Of a DNA stretch of 64,000 nucleotides, positions 44,562 to 53,497 are shown piece after piece. The notes under the pieces were generated by a model that saw only the letters and a list, made by a program, of their open reading frames with translations, made no database searches and was not told the DNA's origin. Location: the sequence record PV593634.1. One strand, given 5' to 3'. The position numbers and the translations under genes are program-made. Position 1 is the first letter of the stretch; every line of letters begins with the position of its first letter.

Positions 44562-46025
44562 ATGCTGACCGCATTTAACTTTCTGAAAGACTACGGCGCC
44601 GAATCTAACCTGCAAATTGGTTTGAACGTATCTCCAATCTTTGACCTGCTGACTACCAGCATGATTAAAGGTAAAGATGGCGTTTGGTACATGAACGGTG
44701 GACTGATGCCGATCAATGGTCTTGCAGGTGGTAACAACACTCAGAAAACTGGTAAGACTGTAAAAGACGTAGCTAAGCTGTTGCATCGTTTCCAACACTC
44801 TATCATTCTTTATGGTGATACCGAATCTACTCTGGACGTATCTCGTCTGGCAGAAGAAGTTGATCGTCTGTTTGGTGTTGAAGGTTACTTCGCCGATAAC
44901 ATCGAAGACGTTCGTTTCCACTACATGCCCAACTCTGCTGGTATTGATGGCACTGAACTTCATAACAAAGTCATCGAGATCTATAAGACAATTACGGCAC
45001 TGTCTGAATCAAAAGACAAAGCTGAACAAGAAGCTTATAAAGCTCTGTTCCTGAATACACCGTTCTGGTCTCAGAAACATAACAAATATATACAGGTCAT
45101 GCAGCCTATTCTGTTCATCTGTGACTCTATCTCTGAAGTTCTGTTTGACAACCTGATGTTCAAACAGTTCGACGAAGGTGAAATGGATGAAGGCGGTAAG
45201 AAACGTACTCGTGATATGGAGATCGGTAACCTGCGTCGTATCCTGATGACCGATACCTGTATCCTGGGACCTCGTGTTGGTTTACGTTCGTACTGGATTG
45301 CTCAGTCTGCTGACGTTATCAACATGGATGGTAAGCCTAAAGAGAAAGACTCTACCTTCTTGCGCCACAACAAGAAACTGGCTGCACCTAAAGCGATGTT
45401 GAAATTACCGCACATCGGTATCGAGATCATTAAAGGTACGGTTCTGAAACAACCTGACCACTCTGTGATGTATCCTCGTAGTAAAGATTCCACCATCTCC
45501 AGTAACGCGAAGTCGAACCCTGAACTCGTTCAGTACTTCACTACAATCTTCCGTAACAAGTCTGGTAGCTCCGGTGGTGATCTGGCATTCGTAGCCGGGC
45601 AGGCTGAAGGTATTCTTGAATACCTGTCAATGTACGATTCCCTGAAAGACAACAAGTACTTTGGTCTGGAAGGTTCGGCGATCCGTCATGCTTGTGCGTT
45701 GATGCCTGATGAAAGCATTATGCGTACCACTGTTCGTGAGATGATAGAAGGCCCTGAAGCGAATAAGAAACTTCAGCGTGCTATCGAGATCTGTTGGCAG
45801 ATGTGGTACATGCAAACGTTCTGGGACAACTTCCCGGAAGAATGGAAACTTACTCCAAGCGAACTGTACGCTAAAGGTAAAGAACAAGGATTGGATTGGG
45901 ACGACATTCTGGAGAACACTGTTTACTTCTGGCACGACCAGCCACTCATTCAAAAACATACACTGACTGTCTACGAACTGATGGAAATCGTTGTAGGTGG
46001 TAAGAAACCATATTGGAAGAAATAA
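44562..46025 (+). CDS. uvsX: UvsX/RecA-like ATPase (phiKZ gp152-type)
   Basis: Walker A-like GGNNTQKTG, YGDTE, Walker B FICDSISE and RNKSGSSG. Confidence 0.75.
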   Translation: MLTAFNFLKDYGAESNLQIGLNVSPIFDLLTTSMIKGKDGVWYMNGGLMPINGLAGGNNTQKTGKTVKDVAKLLHRFQHSIILYGDTESTLDVSRLAEEVDRLFGVEGYFADNIEDVRFHYMPNSAGIDGTELHNKVIEIYKTITALSESKDKAEQEAYKALFLNTPFWSQKHNKYIQVMQPILFICDSISEVLFDNLMFKQFDEGEMDEGGKKRTRDMEIGNLRRILMTDTCILGPRVGLRSYWIAQSADVINMDGKPKEKDSTFLRHNKKLAAPKAMLKLPHIGIEIIKGTVLKQPDHSVMYPRSKDSTISSNAKSNPELVQYFTTIFRNKSGSSGGDLAFVAGQAEGILEYLSMYDSLKDNKYFGLEGSAIRHACALMPDESIMRTTVREMIEGPEANKKLQRAIEICWQMWYMQTFWDNFPEEWKLTPSELYAKGKEQGLDWDDILENTVYFWHDQPLIQKHTLTVYELMEIVVGGKKPYWKK

Positions 46026-46026
46026 A

Positions 46027-46389
46027 ATGTCCGACTTTAGTTACGATTATTCTGTACTCGTTGTCGCCGAGCCTGATTTCCTTGTTAAAGGGGAAGATTG
46101 TGAAGCGTACAAAAACAAGTTGTTAAGTTTCTTAGAAACGCGTTCTGGGGATAGTGAACTGCGAGTAATCAGTATTACTGGTAACTATGGTATTCCGTTA
46201 GAAAAACGTCTGGAAGTTGACGACCGTAATAAGACCGCATTTGTTAAATCTCTGGACGAGCATCTGCTTCAATTTAATGAGGTCGTGATTATCACGAACT
46301 ATGAGAAAGACTCATATATTGAAGCATTGGGTGTACGCGCCAATGAGCTTTCAAAGACTTTAACTATTTATGGTTACAAGGTTAAGTAA
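46027..46389 (+). CDS. Hypothetical protein (start MSDFSY)
   Basis: ATG 2 nt after the uvsX stop; tight packing. Confidence 0.7.
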   Translation: MSDFSYDYSVLVVAEPDFLVKGEDCEAYKNKLLSFLETRSGDSELRVISITGNYGIPLEKRLEVDDRNKTAFVKSLDEHLLQFNEVVIITNYEKDSYIEALGVRANELSKTLTIYGYKVK

Positions 46390-47067
46390 ATGAAAAACCG
46401 GAAAGAGATCGAACGTGACATTCTTGACATAGCCAAGAAGTTCACAGTTGGTGGTGGAAACCACAAGATCTATTCCGAACTGTTCGGGCATCTTGATGAT
46501 GCCCAATTCGCTAAGTTCTGGAATACGATTTGTGACAGCAAGTTCATTCCAATGTTCGTGGATAACTTTAATCAGAAAGAAGGCATTAGTTATGACCATA
46601 TCGTCAAGCTTGCCGTCGAGTACGATATTCCGCTAGAACAGCAACTTGTTCTTACTGACCCAGATACTGGGTTACAATTCACAACTCCTGATACAGCTTT
46701 GGTCGGTTGTGCTGAAGCTCGTAAACAACGTCAGTTGCAAGCTAAGAAGTTTGGTGCATCTAAGCACGACTATGAAACGGAAGACTTGACTGGGCAACCT
46801 ACGGGTGGTTCTAAAGCAGGTGGTATCTCTAACCCTGAGATTCAAGTTCTTCTGTCCCTGGGTCTACCCACACTGGCTAAGGAATTAGCTGACGTTCGTG
46901 GTGGTGACTCTGGTGCATACCGCGCTTATAAGAATGACATCCTTTCTTCTGGACGTGCTACAACTGAATCGGCTCTGGCTCGTGGTACGGGTGTTAAGTC
47001 TCTACAGACAGCGCACTACTTACTGATGGGTCAGCATATCGATAACAACTTGAATGCGAGAGATTAA
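46390..47067 (+). CDS. Virion RNA polymerase beta subunit, C-terminal fragment (gp149-like)
   Basis: DLTGQPTGGSKAGGISNPEIQVLLSLGLPTLAKELADVRGGD aligns with RpoB [45 protein letters not shown]. Confidence 0.85.
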   Translation: MKNRKEIERDILDIAKKFTVGGGNHKIYSELFGHLDDAQFAKFWNTICDSKFIPMFVDNFNQKEGISYDHIVKLAVEYDIPLEQQLVLTDPDTGLQFTTPDTALVGCAEARKQRQLQAKKFGASKHDYETEDLTGQPTGGSKAGGISNPEIQVLLSLGLPTLAKELADVRGGDSGAYRAYKNDILSSGRATTESALARGTGVKSLQTAHYLLMGQHIDNNLNARD

Positions 47068-47531
47068 TGGAACTCAAAGATCCTATTAACTCCTTGATCG
47101 AGTTTCTGTCAAAAGAACTTCATCAGGAGATCGTTTATAACGACGATAGCTCGCAGTTCTGGAAGAAAGCACAGATACACATCTTCGATAACAGTATTGC
47201 TTCCATTCGCGAAAGCATTAACTCGTTAAGTGAAGCTATAGGTGAAGACCCGGATTTGTTTAACTACTTCTCCTCCTTTACCTTCCGTGTATTCTCCCAG
47301 CCATTTGCACGACCAGCTATCAAGAACTTCTCTGAAGGCTTTGATGAGATTGGTATGGACGTCTTCTTCCGTGAAGCTCTATCAATTACGTCTAAAGACC
47401 TGACCTTAGTCGAACAGTTCCTTCTGTTCTTATCTGTACATCGTAATCAAATTCAATTGATGATGATTGAAGCAGAAGAGTTCAAAGCGGACATGGCTAA
47501 GAAAGCAGCAAGAGAAGCTAAGCGGAGATAA
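47067..47531 (+). CDS. Hypothetical protein (154 aa)
   Basis: TAATG overlap. Confidence 0.75.
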   Translation: MELKDPINSLIEFLSKELHQEIVYNDDSSQFWKKAQIHIFDNSIASIRESINSLSEAIGEDPDLFNYFSSFTFRVFSQPFARPAIKNFSEGFDEIGMDVFFREALSITSKDLTLVEQFLLFLSVHRNQIQLMMIEAEEFKADMAKKAAREAKRR

Positions 47532-47537
47532 TGAATA

Positions 47538-48266
47538 ATGGATATTACTATCTACACAGAGATGGATTCATTATTCGATGTGAGGCGAGGAATTATTACC
47601 AAGGTTGCTCGTGAGTCTGGCAATAACAAGTTTGAGTGGGATAAGAACTTCAAAGAGATTTATGCTCGACGTCGTTTCGATTACTTCCACCAACCTGAGC
47701 TGGGGATTACGGACGAAGCTTATCAAGCTCGTTACGCTAAGCGCTCCCTGGCTGACTTCGCTGATCATCAAGAAGTATTCGTCTACCCAAGTAAACTGAT
47801 TCACAACATCTTCAAGATCGTTCGTGAGATAGAGTTTGGTGTTGGACAGATTATCTCGGCATCAACTTTCGAATTAACAGTTAACCTATATCCTTATGTT
47901 CTGGAACAAGAACACATCGATGAGTTGAATTCTGTTATTCGTGGAGCTGTTCCGTTTAACATCAGTCTATCATTTGTAAACATTCCGTATGATAAAATTA
48001 CTCCGGTGATTTTACATGCCTATCAGTACTGCTTCATTTACGACTTCCTGACTTCTAAAGACCGGAAGACGTACTGGGAAAATTATATCCCAGCGGGAAA
48101 CACGAACACACGTTTCATTGTCCCGGATGTGCTACTGAACAAAGAACTACCCGATGAAATGAGAACCGAAGAGGCGATCACTTTAATTGGAAAACTGAAT
48201 GTAACTCAAGGTGGTAAAATAACCTGGGTCCCATATCCCAAAACCATATTCGATTATAAAGAATAA
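47538..48266 (+). CDS. Conserved hypothetical protein (242 aa)
   Basis: N-terminal IYTEMDSLFD.R pattern (HAD-like start); operon-packed. Confidence 0.7.
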   Translation: MDITIYTEMDSLFDVRRGIITKVARESGNNKFEWDKNFKEIYARRRFDYFHQPELGITDEAYQARYAKRSLADFADHQEVFVYPSKLIHNIFKIVREIEFGVGQIISASTFELTVNLYPYVLEQEHIDELNSVIRGAVPFNISLSFVNIPYDKITPVILHAYQYCFIYDFLTSKDRKTYWENYIPAGNTNTRFIVPDVLLNKELPDEMRTEEAITLIGKLNVTQGGKITWVPYPKTIFDYKE

Positions 48267-48272
48267 GGTCAG

Positions 48273-48299
48273 CCTAGGAGCCCCGCAAGGGCTCCTAGG
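48273..48299. terminator. Bidirectional terminator
   Basis: CCTAGGAGCCC-CGCAA-GGGCTCCTAGG, between convergent genes. Confidence 0.75.
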
Positions 48300-48314
48300 A
48301 CTGTTTGCTGTCTG

Positions 48315-48917
48315 TTAGGATTCTGGATCCCAATCGGTGTCTTCATCTGGATCAGGTGCTTCGGAAGTATTAATGTCATGTTCGTCGTCGTCACCGAAGC
48401 TTGCTTCGATTTCTTTGGTGTCAACAACTTGGTGACCTTGCATAATCTCTTCAGGTCTGATCTCGTCGTCTGGATCTTCTATATGGATAATAGGAGCCAG
48501 TGGATCAAGTACGAAAGAGCTGGAACCGTAAGTAGGCATGATGATCTTGCCGTTTGATACTTCTGTTAATGCGTTAACAAAGGTAGCAAAGTTAGCTCGG
48601 TTGTCTTCCAATTCTCTGTCCTTGAGTCTCTCTTTACGATCGTCACGGATAGTCTTTTCAATCTGAGCTAAGATGGTATTAATGGAATCCATCAGCTTCG
48701 GGTTGTTAGGTTTGTTAATGATCGTCTGCATCGCAATATCAAGTAACAGGTTACGTTGACGTTGAACAGTATTGATCAGGGTGCTTTCAGCTTCCTTGTC
48801 TTGAGGACCTTTAAGTAACTTATTTATCTCTGCAATCAAGGCGTCCTTATCTTGCACCGTTTTCAATTTATCATCAGACGGTGGGGCTGGATGAATCTCA
48901 TCAGCGTGATCGAACAT
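48315..48917 (-). CDS. Hypothetical protein (200 aa) with an acidic C-terminus
   Basis: AAGGAAG SD; helical coiled-coil-like core. Confidence 0.75.
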   Translation of the reverse strand: MFDHADEIHPAPPSDDKLKTVQDKDALIAEINKLLKGPQDKEAESTLINTVQRQRNLLLDIAMQTIINKPNNPKLMDSINTILAQIEKTIRDDRKERLKDRELEDNRANFATFVNALTEVSNGKIIMPTYGSSSFVLDPLAPIIHIEDPDDEIRPEEIMQGHQVVDTKEIEASFGDDDEHDINTSEAPDPDEDTDWDPES

Positions 48918-48953
48918 AACTGGCTTCCTTATTCTTTAGTAACTATTAAATTA

Positions 48954-48978
48954 TAGACAGATATTATCAAAGTAGATA
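48954..48978 (+). promoter_or_regulatory. Putative early promoter copy (variant)
   Basis: TAGACAGATATTATCAAAGTAGATA. Confidence 0.6.
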
Positions 48979-49028
48979 CGGTGGAAATCTAATTTAATAA
49001 TATCCGTTATTAAATCAGGACTGAGGTA

Positions 49029-49586
49029 ATGAAAATGTTTTTAGACAAACTGTTGAACAAGATTCCTTTCTTCCGTAATCGTCGAATCAAGAAGATAAAG
49101 GAACAGCTTGTTGCCATTAAAAATGATTTTAAAGAGGGACACTTTAATGACGTATATATCAGTAGTCTTCACAATATCCTAAATAACCCGCTTGTAAGCT
49201 TCTCAGAGGAGCTAATCCGGTTATCATTGGGAAGTGTGGAGATGTATTCTAAGTCTTCTTCTGGAGCTTCTAAGCTCGTTAGTAAACCTATAATCTCGAG
49301 ACCCACTCTTGAGAAATCGACAATCATTAGTTTAGAGGTGAAGAATAAATATGTATCAGAATGGTATTCGAATGAACAGACTTTATTAGAGTTTGTGGAA
49401 ACTATGAAACTGTACTTACTGATTCAGTGTAAGATGTTTCAACCGGTGGATGCAAGGACTCACGAAGAACTTAACCAGCTCGGAGCAGGAACTGACCCAG
49501 ACTTTTTAGACTCGGTATTGTATAGGTTACTGTTGTCCGATCTCGTGAATATAACAACCTTCTACGTAGAGAGCAAATATGATTGA
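49029..49586 (+). CDS. Hypothetical protein (185 aa)
   Basis: GAGG SD; follows the promoter motif. Confidence 0.7.
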   Translation: MKMFLDKLLNKIPFFRNRRIKKIKEQLVAIKNDFKEGHFNDVYISSLHNILNNPLVSFSEELIRLSLGSVEMYSKSSSGASKLVSKPIISRPTLEKSTIISLEVKNKYVSEWYSNEQTLLEFVETMKLYLLIQCKMFQPVDARTHEELNQLGAGTDPDFLDSVLYRLLLSDLVNITTFYVESKYD

Positions 49587-49989
49587 TAAGAACAAGACCG
49601 TTTCGTTTAGTAAGAATAAGAACTTTATTCCTTATGAACAGTTGACGGACACACCCAGTCGTCTTTTCAGAAAGATCATTGATGTGTTGGAAATCAACAA
49701 CGCGAAATGGAAAACGTATCTAGATGACTATTTACGTTGGCAACATCCAGAAGACTCTGGCACTCCCGCTGAAGTAAAACGCAACCGGAGCACAGCCTTA
49801 GGTAATCTGCAGAGTACCTTGTTTTATTCAAAGAACCTAACATGGAACAAATTGTTGGTGGCTTTAAAAATCTGTCGCATTACCAAGATCAAGATTAGCT
49901 TGGAGATAGAAACAGAATCTGGTGAGCAACACACCATCTCTGAAACCACTTTACTGCGCAAGTCTCCGAAAGGAACCGTGGACGAGTAA
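49579..49989 (+). CDS. Hypothetical protein (136 aa)
   Basis: Overlaps the previous stop. Confidence 0.75.
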   Translation: MIDKNKTVSFSKNKNFIPYEQLTDTPSRLFRKIIDVLEINNAKWKTYLDDYLRWQHPEDSGTPAEVKRNRSTALGNLQSTLFYSKNLTWNKLLVALKICRITKIKISLEIETESGEQHTISETTLLRKSPKGTVDE

Positions 49990-49997
49990 TCAGATTA

Positions 49998-50023
49998 GTT
50001 ACCTTACCCGAAGGTAAGGTAAC
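49998..50023. terminator. Hairpin terminator
   Basis: Perfect 11-bp stem GTTACCTTACC-CGAA-GGTAAGGTAAC. Confidence 0.7.
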
Positions 50024-50056
50024 GATCTTAATCCTTCTTTTATTTTTGGTGTTTAT

Positions 50057-51175
50057 ATGTCAACCCTAATTCAAAAACGTAGTATGTTCGAAGGTGTGGA
50101 CCTGAATAACAAAATCCAAGAAGCTAGTCGTTCCATGAACGAAACAGTTTCAGGATTAACCACACAACTTATCAACCCGTTTAAGTCAGTTACAGATACA
50201 GTACAGTCTGGTGTCGCTTTGATATCAGAAGGGCAGTCTGTCATTGCAAACAACATTAGTAACTATAAATCTAAAGCACTGACTCACATTAGTGATACGA
50301 TGAAGAACCTTACCGGTGGGATGTTGAACATCGGTGACATAGGACGTCTGGTAACGTATCAGGACGGCTTTAAAGTTAATACTGATGAGTTACTACGCCT
50401 TGGTTCTAAAGGGCTAGGATTCAACGTACACTCAATGCAGGACCTTAAGACACAGATAGGTGATGGGTTCTTAAATCAGTTAAGTCAAATGTCAGGTGGG
50501 TTGTCGGATGGTCTGGTGTTCTTTGATGGAACGAAGTTAAGGATTGCCGATGACTGGAAAATGAACATGGGACAGGACATCATTGCCTTCTTAGGTAAAG
50601 ATGATCCAGAAGGTTTCGGTAGCGTGTTTAACCTTGCCGCTACGAACTCCATTCTTAATGCGATGCTTGGTCAAACTGTTCAATACGGTATGTACCAGGG
50701 CTTTAAGAACTATGGAGACATGTACATCTATGCTTCCGACTTCCATGACCAGTTAATCGATTCACTTACCTTCGCTATTGCTCGTGGTGATGCTAAGTCT
50801 ATTGAAACGATTCTAGAATTGATCAACACGGAAGGGGTGAGTAAAGTTAAAGCCAAGTACCCTCTTTTAATAGAGGACATGCTGAAGAACTTTAACTTTA
50901 GTTCTGGCGAAACCTCTGCTGACTATCCTGCCATTAAAGCTTCTTTACTTAAAGTAATTAACTTAGTGGGTGGTACTAACTGGTATCTGTATCCTACCCA
51001 GTTTGGTTTAGCGATTAATACTGGGTTGACATCTAGCATCTCTGAAGACGCTAAAGTTCTGTTAAGCAGTGAGCCTGATTTGATCCCTTTATTGGCTACG
51101 GCTGGCGTGTTCTTAGATCAAAGCGCTAAAGACGTATTCATTTCAGATTTCCCTAAAGCTGTTGTATTCAAATAA
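50057..51175 (+). CDS. Probable virion structural protein (372 aa)
   Basis: Long ORF next to the tail-tip genes; function inferred from context. Confidence 0.6.
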   Translation: MSTLIQKRSMFEGVDLNNKIQEASRSMNETVSGLTTQLINPFKSVTDTVQSGVALISEGQSVIANNISNYKSKALTHISDTMKNLTGGMLNIGDIGRLVTYQDGFKVNTDELLRLGSKGLGFNVHSMQDLKTQIGDGFLNQLSQMSGGLSDGLVFFDGTKLRIADDWKMNMGQDIIAFLGKDDPEGFGSVFNLAATNSILNAMLGQTVQYGMYQGFKNYGDMYIYASDFHDQLIDSLTFAIARGDAKSIETILELINTEGVSKVKAKYPLLIEDMLKNFNFSSGETSADYPAIKASLLKVINLVGGTNWYLYPTQFGLAINTGLTSSISEDAKVLLSSEPDLIPLLATAGVFLDQSAKDVFISDFPKAVVFK

Positions 51176-51176
51176 A

Positions 51177-51218
51177 CATAACCCTACCCACTCCGAAAGG
51201 AGGGGTAGGGGGTTATGC
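51177..51218. terminator. Dispersed palindrome family copy E (inverted relative to A and B)
   Basis: CCCTACCCACTCC-GAAA-GGAGGGGTAGGGG followed by GTTATGCTTGTTT. Confidence 0.75.
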
Positions 51219-51232
51219 TTGTTTGTTTCTTT

Positions 51233-53458
51233 TTACCTGTTGAGAGGTCTTCCGGTAAAGATACGTGCAACGTCACCAACGATAGAGTCGTTGACAACAC
51301 CCGCGATGGTCTGCGGTTTAAACATGTTCATTGCATCCGTAGTAAAACGAGTCAAACGTTTGTTCAAGTCGTTATAACGAAGAACGGTATCCATGTAATC
51401 AACACCTGCGATACGGTTAACCCAATCGTTGTACTTACCGATGTCACCTAAGTAACGGGAGGAAGCACCAGCGATGTCAACAAGAGCCAGAGGGTTAGTT
51501 ACACGGGCAATCGGAACTGACAGTACCTTATCCAGGTCAGCGATCGTTAAATCGATGCGTAAGTTACGCGGCTTCATATCTGTCGTCCAACCTAATGGAC
51601 CTGTACCGAATGTGAAGGATGCGTTCTGTACGATACCTGTACGGATAATGGACTTACCACGGCTGAAACACTTAACCAGGAATGGAGCGGTATATGTAGC
51701 ACCGCCGGTGGAGAACGGTACAACGAAAGGCATGATCAAAGACAACGGTAGGAAAATGTTCGTTGCAATTGAATACGGATGCGCATACGGAGCTTCAAGA
51801 TAAATCGAGAAAGACTCTGAGTGCAAGTTAGTTGTAGAATCAGACCAGTGATCTGGTATATCAACTTTAGCGTTACCGAGTAATGCAAGTGGTACGTTAC
51901 CAATTACAGAACCTGCTGCCAAACCTGCTGCTGCATCTTTGATCGTTCCTACGAAATCATCAATAACACCTACACCGGTATTACCACCTGCCACGTTGAA
52001 CTTAAAGTCCTGTACAGCTTGAACTGTGTTGTTAAAGGTAGATGCAATGGAAGAACTGGTTGTCTGGTTCCCTAAGGAGTCAGATACTGAACCGGTTCCT
52101 TCGGTACGGAACGTAACGGCATCCATACCACCATAGAACCCGTCCATCAACAACTGACCGATCTGACCTAACCAACTTGATTCGTCAAGATCAGGAGGAG
52201 ACTCGATAGAAGGAGGAACAGTTCCTTGCATGTCTGGACCGGTAGTTCCTGTTTGTGTGCTACGAACAGGTTCACCAGCACCAGCTACGCCATAACTACC
52301 AGACTCTGCACGAGCAGCTGCAGCTAACTGCATTTGATCAGCAGCGATCTTAGACATCATGTCTGAACTACCTGTACTGGTATCACCAACAGGTTTAATG
52401 TTGACACCTGCTTGAACACTAGTATAGGCGGATGCTACTTCAGGATACGAGATCTCATCTGGACCACGGTCTTTAGCAACTGTCTTCATTTCTTCTTTCA
52501 ACCATTGACTGGTTGTCATACCTGCGGTGTAACCACCGTTGGCATTAACGAATGAAGAGTCCTTAATCAAACTGTCGATAGTAGACTGGATCGCTTTGTC
52601 TTTCTGTTCAACAGAACGAATCGCAACGTTATTATCCAGATCCTTAATCTTCTTCATGAAGTAGCGGAACTTACGAACCCCACGAGTAGAGAGTTTAAGG
52701 ATATCAATCGTACCGTCTGAGTTAATCGCATCAGGGAACAAACTGTTTAAGTAAGCAACGTTGTTCTTAGCAGACTGTGTATCTGTTTCCCAACCTTTCT
52801 CACCACCACCGTTGAAGTCACGATCAGCACGCTTAGCGTTACCTTGGTCCTGTGTCTTCTTAGGCAATACGGTTAATGCATAACCTGCTGCAATCATCAA
52901 GTCGTTAAAGATGCCCTGAGCTGCCGTGAAGTACATCCCCATGGCTGGCTTACAGTAATACCATTTGTTCTTAGGTGTCTGAGTCAGATACTCAAAGAAG
53001 TTAAACGACGTAGCAACAATCTGTGCAGGCCAGAAGGCAATAGCACCAGCTGCTTGACCAATGTAGAATGCCCAAGAAGGAGCACGACCTTTGTTAGCCA
53101 TTATAGCTGCTGAGTAATCGAACATCCCAATGATGAACGAAAGCATGCCTGTAAATTCTGCAGTACCTGCGGTGAGAGTTACTGATAGTGCGTTATCGTT
53201 GTGAATACGTTTATAATAACGACCCATGTTACCTAAACGGTTTTCCATAATAGGTTTCGGGTGTGGATCAGTATTTCTACCAAAGCCTGGTAACGGGTTA
53301 ACGAATTTGTTATCACCAATCGCAGTGGAGAAATAACTCGTATAAAGGTCGTAATCGGATTTGATTAAAACCTGTTCTGGATCTTTCAATCCATCTGACA
53401 TAATTCGGAAAGAACGACTAACTAGGTTAGCGTCCTTGTAAGGAACACTTACACTCAT
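51233..53458 (-). CDS. Tail tip/baseplate protein (phiKZ gp182-like, 741 aa)
   Basis: NPLPGF...D, MGRYY, YYCKPAM.MY and P..W.DS patterns; directly downstream of the gp181-like gene. Confidence 0.7.
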   Translation of the reverse strand: MSVSVPYKDANLVSRSFRIMSDGLKDPEQVLIKSDYDLYTSYFSTAIGDNKFVNPLPGFGRNTDPHPKPIMENRLGNMGRYYKRIHNDNALSVTLTAGTAEFTGMLSFIIGMFDYSAAIMANKGRAPSWAFYIGQAAGAIAFWPAQIVATSFNFFEYLTQTPKNKWYYCKPAMGMYFTAAQGIFNDLMIAAGYALTVLPKKTQDQGNAKRADRDFNGGGEKGWETDTQSAKNNVAYLNSLFPDAINSDGTIDILKLSTRGVRKFRYFMKKIKDLDNNVAIRSVEQKDKAIQSTIDSLIKDSSFVNANGGYTAGMTTSQWLKEEMKTVAKDRGPDEISYPEVASAYTSVQAGVNIKPVGDTSTGSSDMMSKIAADQMQLAAAARAESGSYGVAGAGEPVRSTQTGTTGPDMQGTVPPSIESPPDLDESSWLGQIGQLLMDGFYGGMDAVTFRTEGTGSVSDSLGNQTTSSSIASTFNNTVQAVQDFKFNVAGGNTGVGVIDDFVGTIKDAAAGLAAGSVIGNVPLALLGNAKVDIPDHWSDSTTNLHSESFSIYLEAPYAHPYSIATNIFLPLSLIMPFVVPFSTGGATYTAPFLVKCFSRGKSIIRTGIVQNASFTFGTGPLGWTTDMKPRNLRIDLTIADLDKVLSVPIARVTNPLALVDIAGASSRYLGDIGKYNDWVNRIAGVDYMDTVLRYNDLNKRLTRFTTDAMNMFKPQTIAGVVNDSIVGDVARIFTGRPLNR

Positions 53459-53474
53459 AACTACCTCTGAGTAA

Positions 53475-53492
53475 AGGGGACCGAAGTCCCCT
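53475..53492 (-). terminator. UUCG hairpin between the gp181-like and gp182-like genes
   Basis: Minus strand reads AGGGGAC-TTCG-GTCCCCT. Confidence 0.5.
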
Positions 53493-53497
53493 CATCA

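Noticed and set aside
20945-51218. Palindrome family read as a CRISPR array or transposon ends
   Set aside because: The copies are kilobases apart at gene junctions, with no spacers, target-site duplications or transposase.
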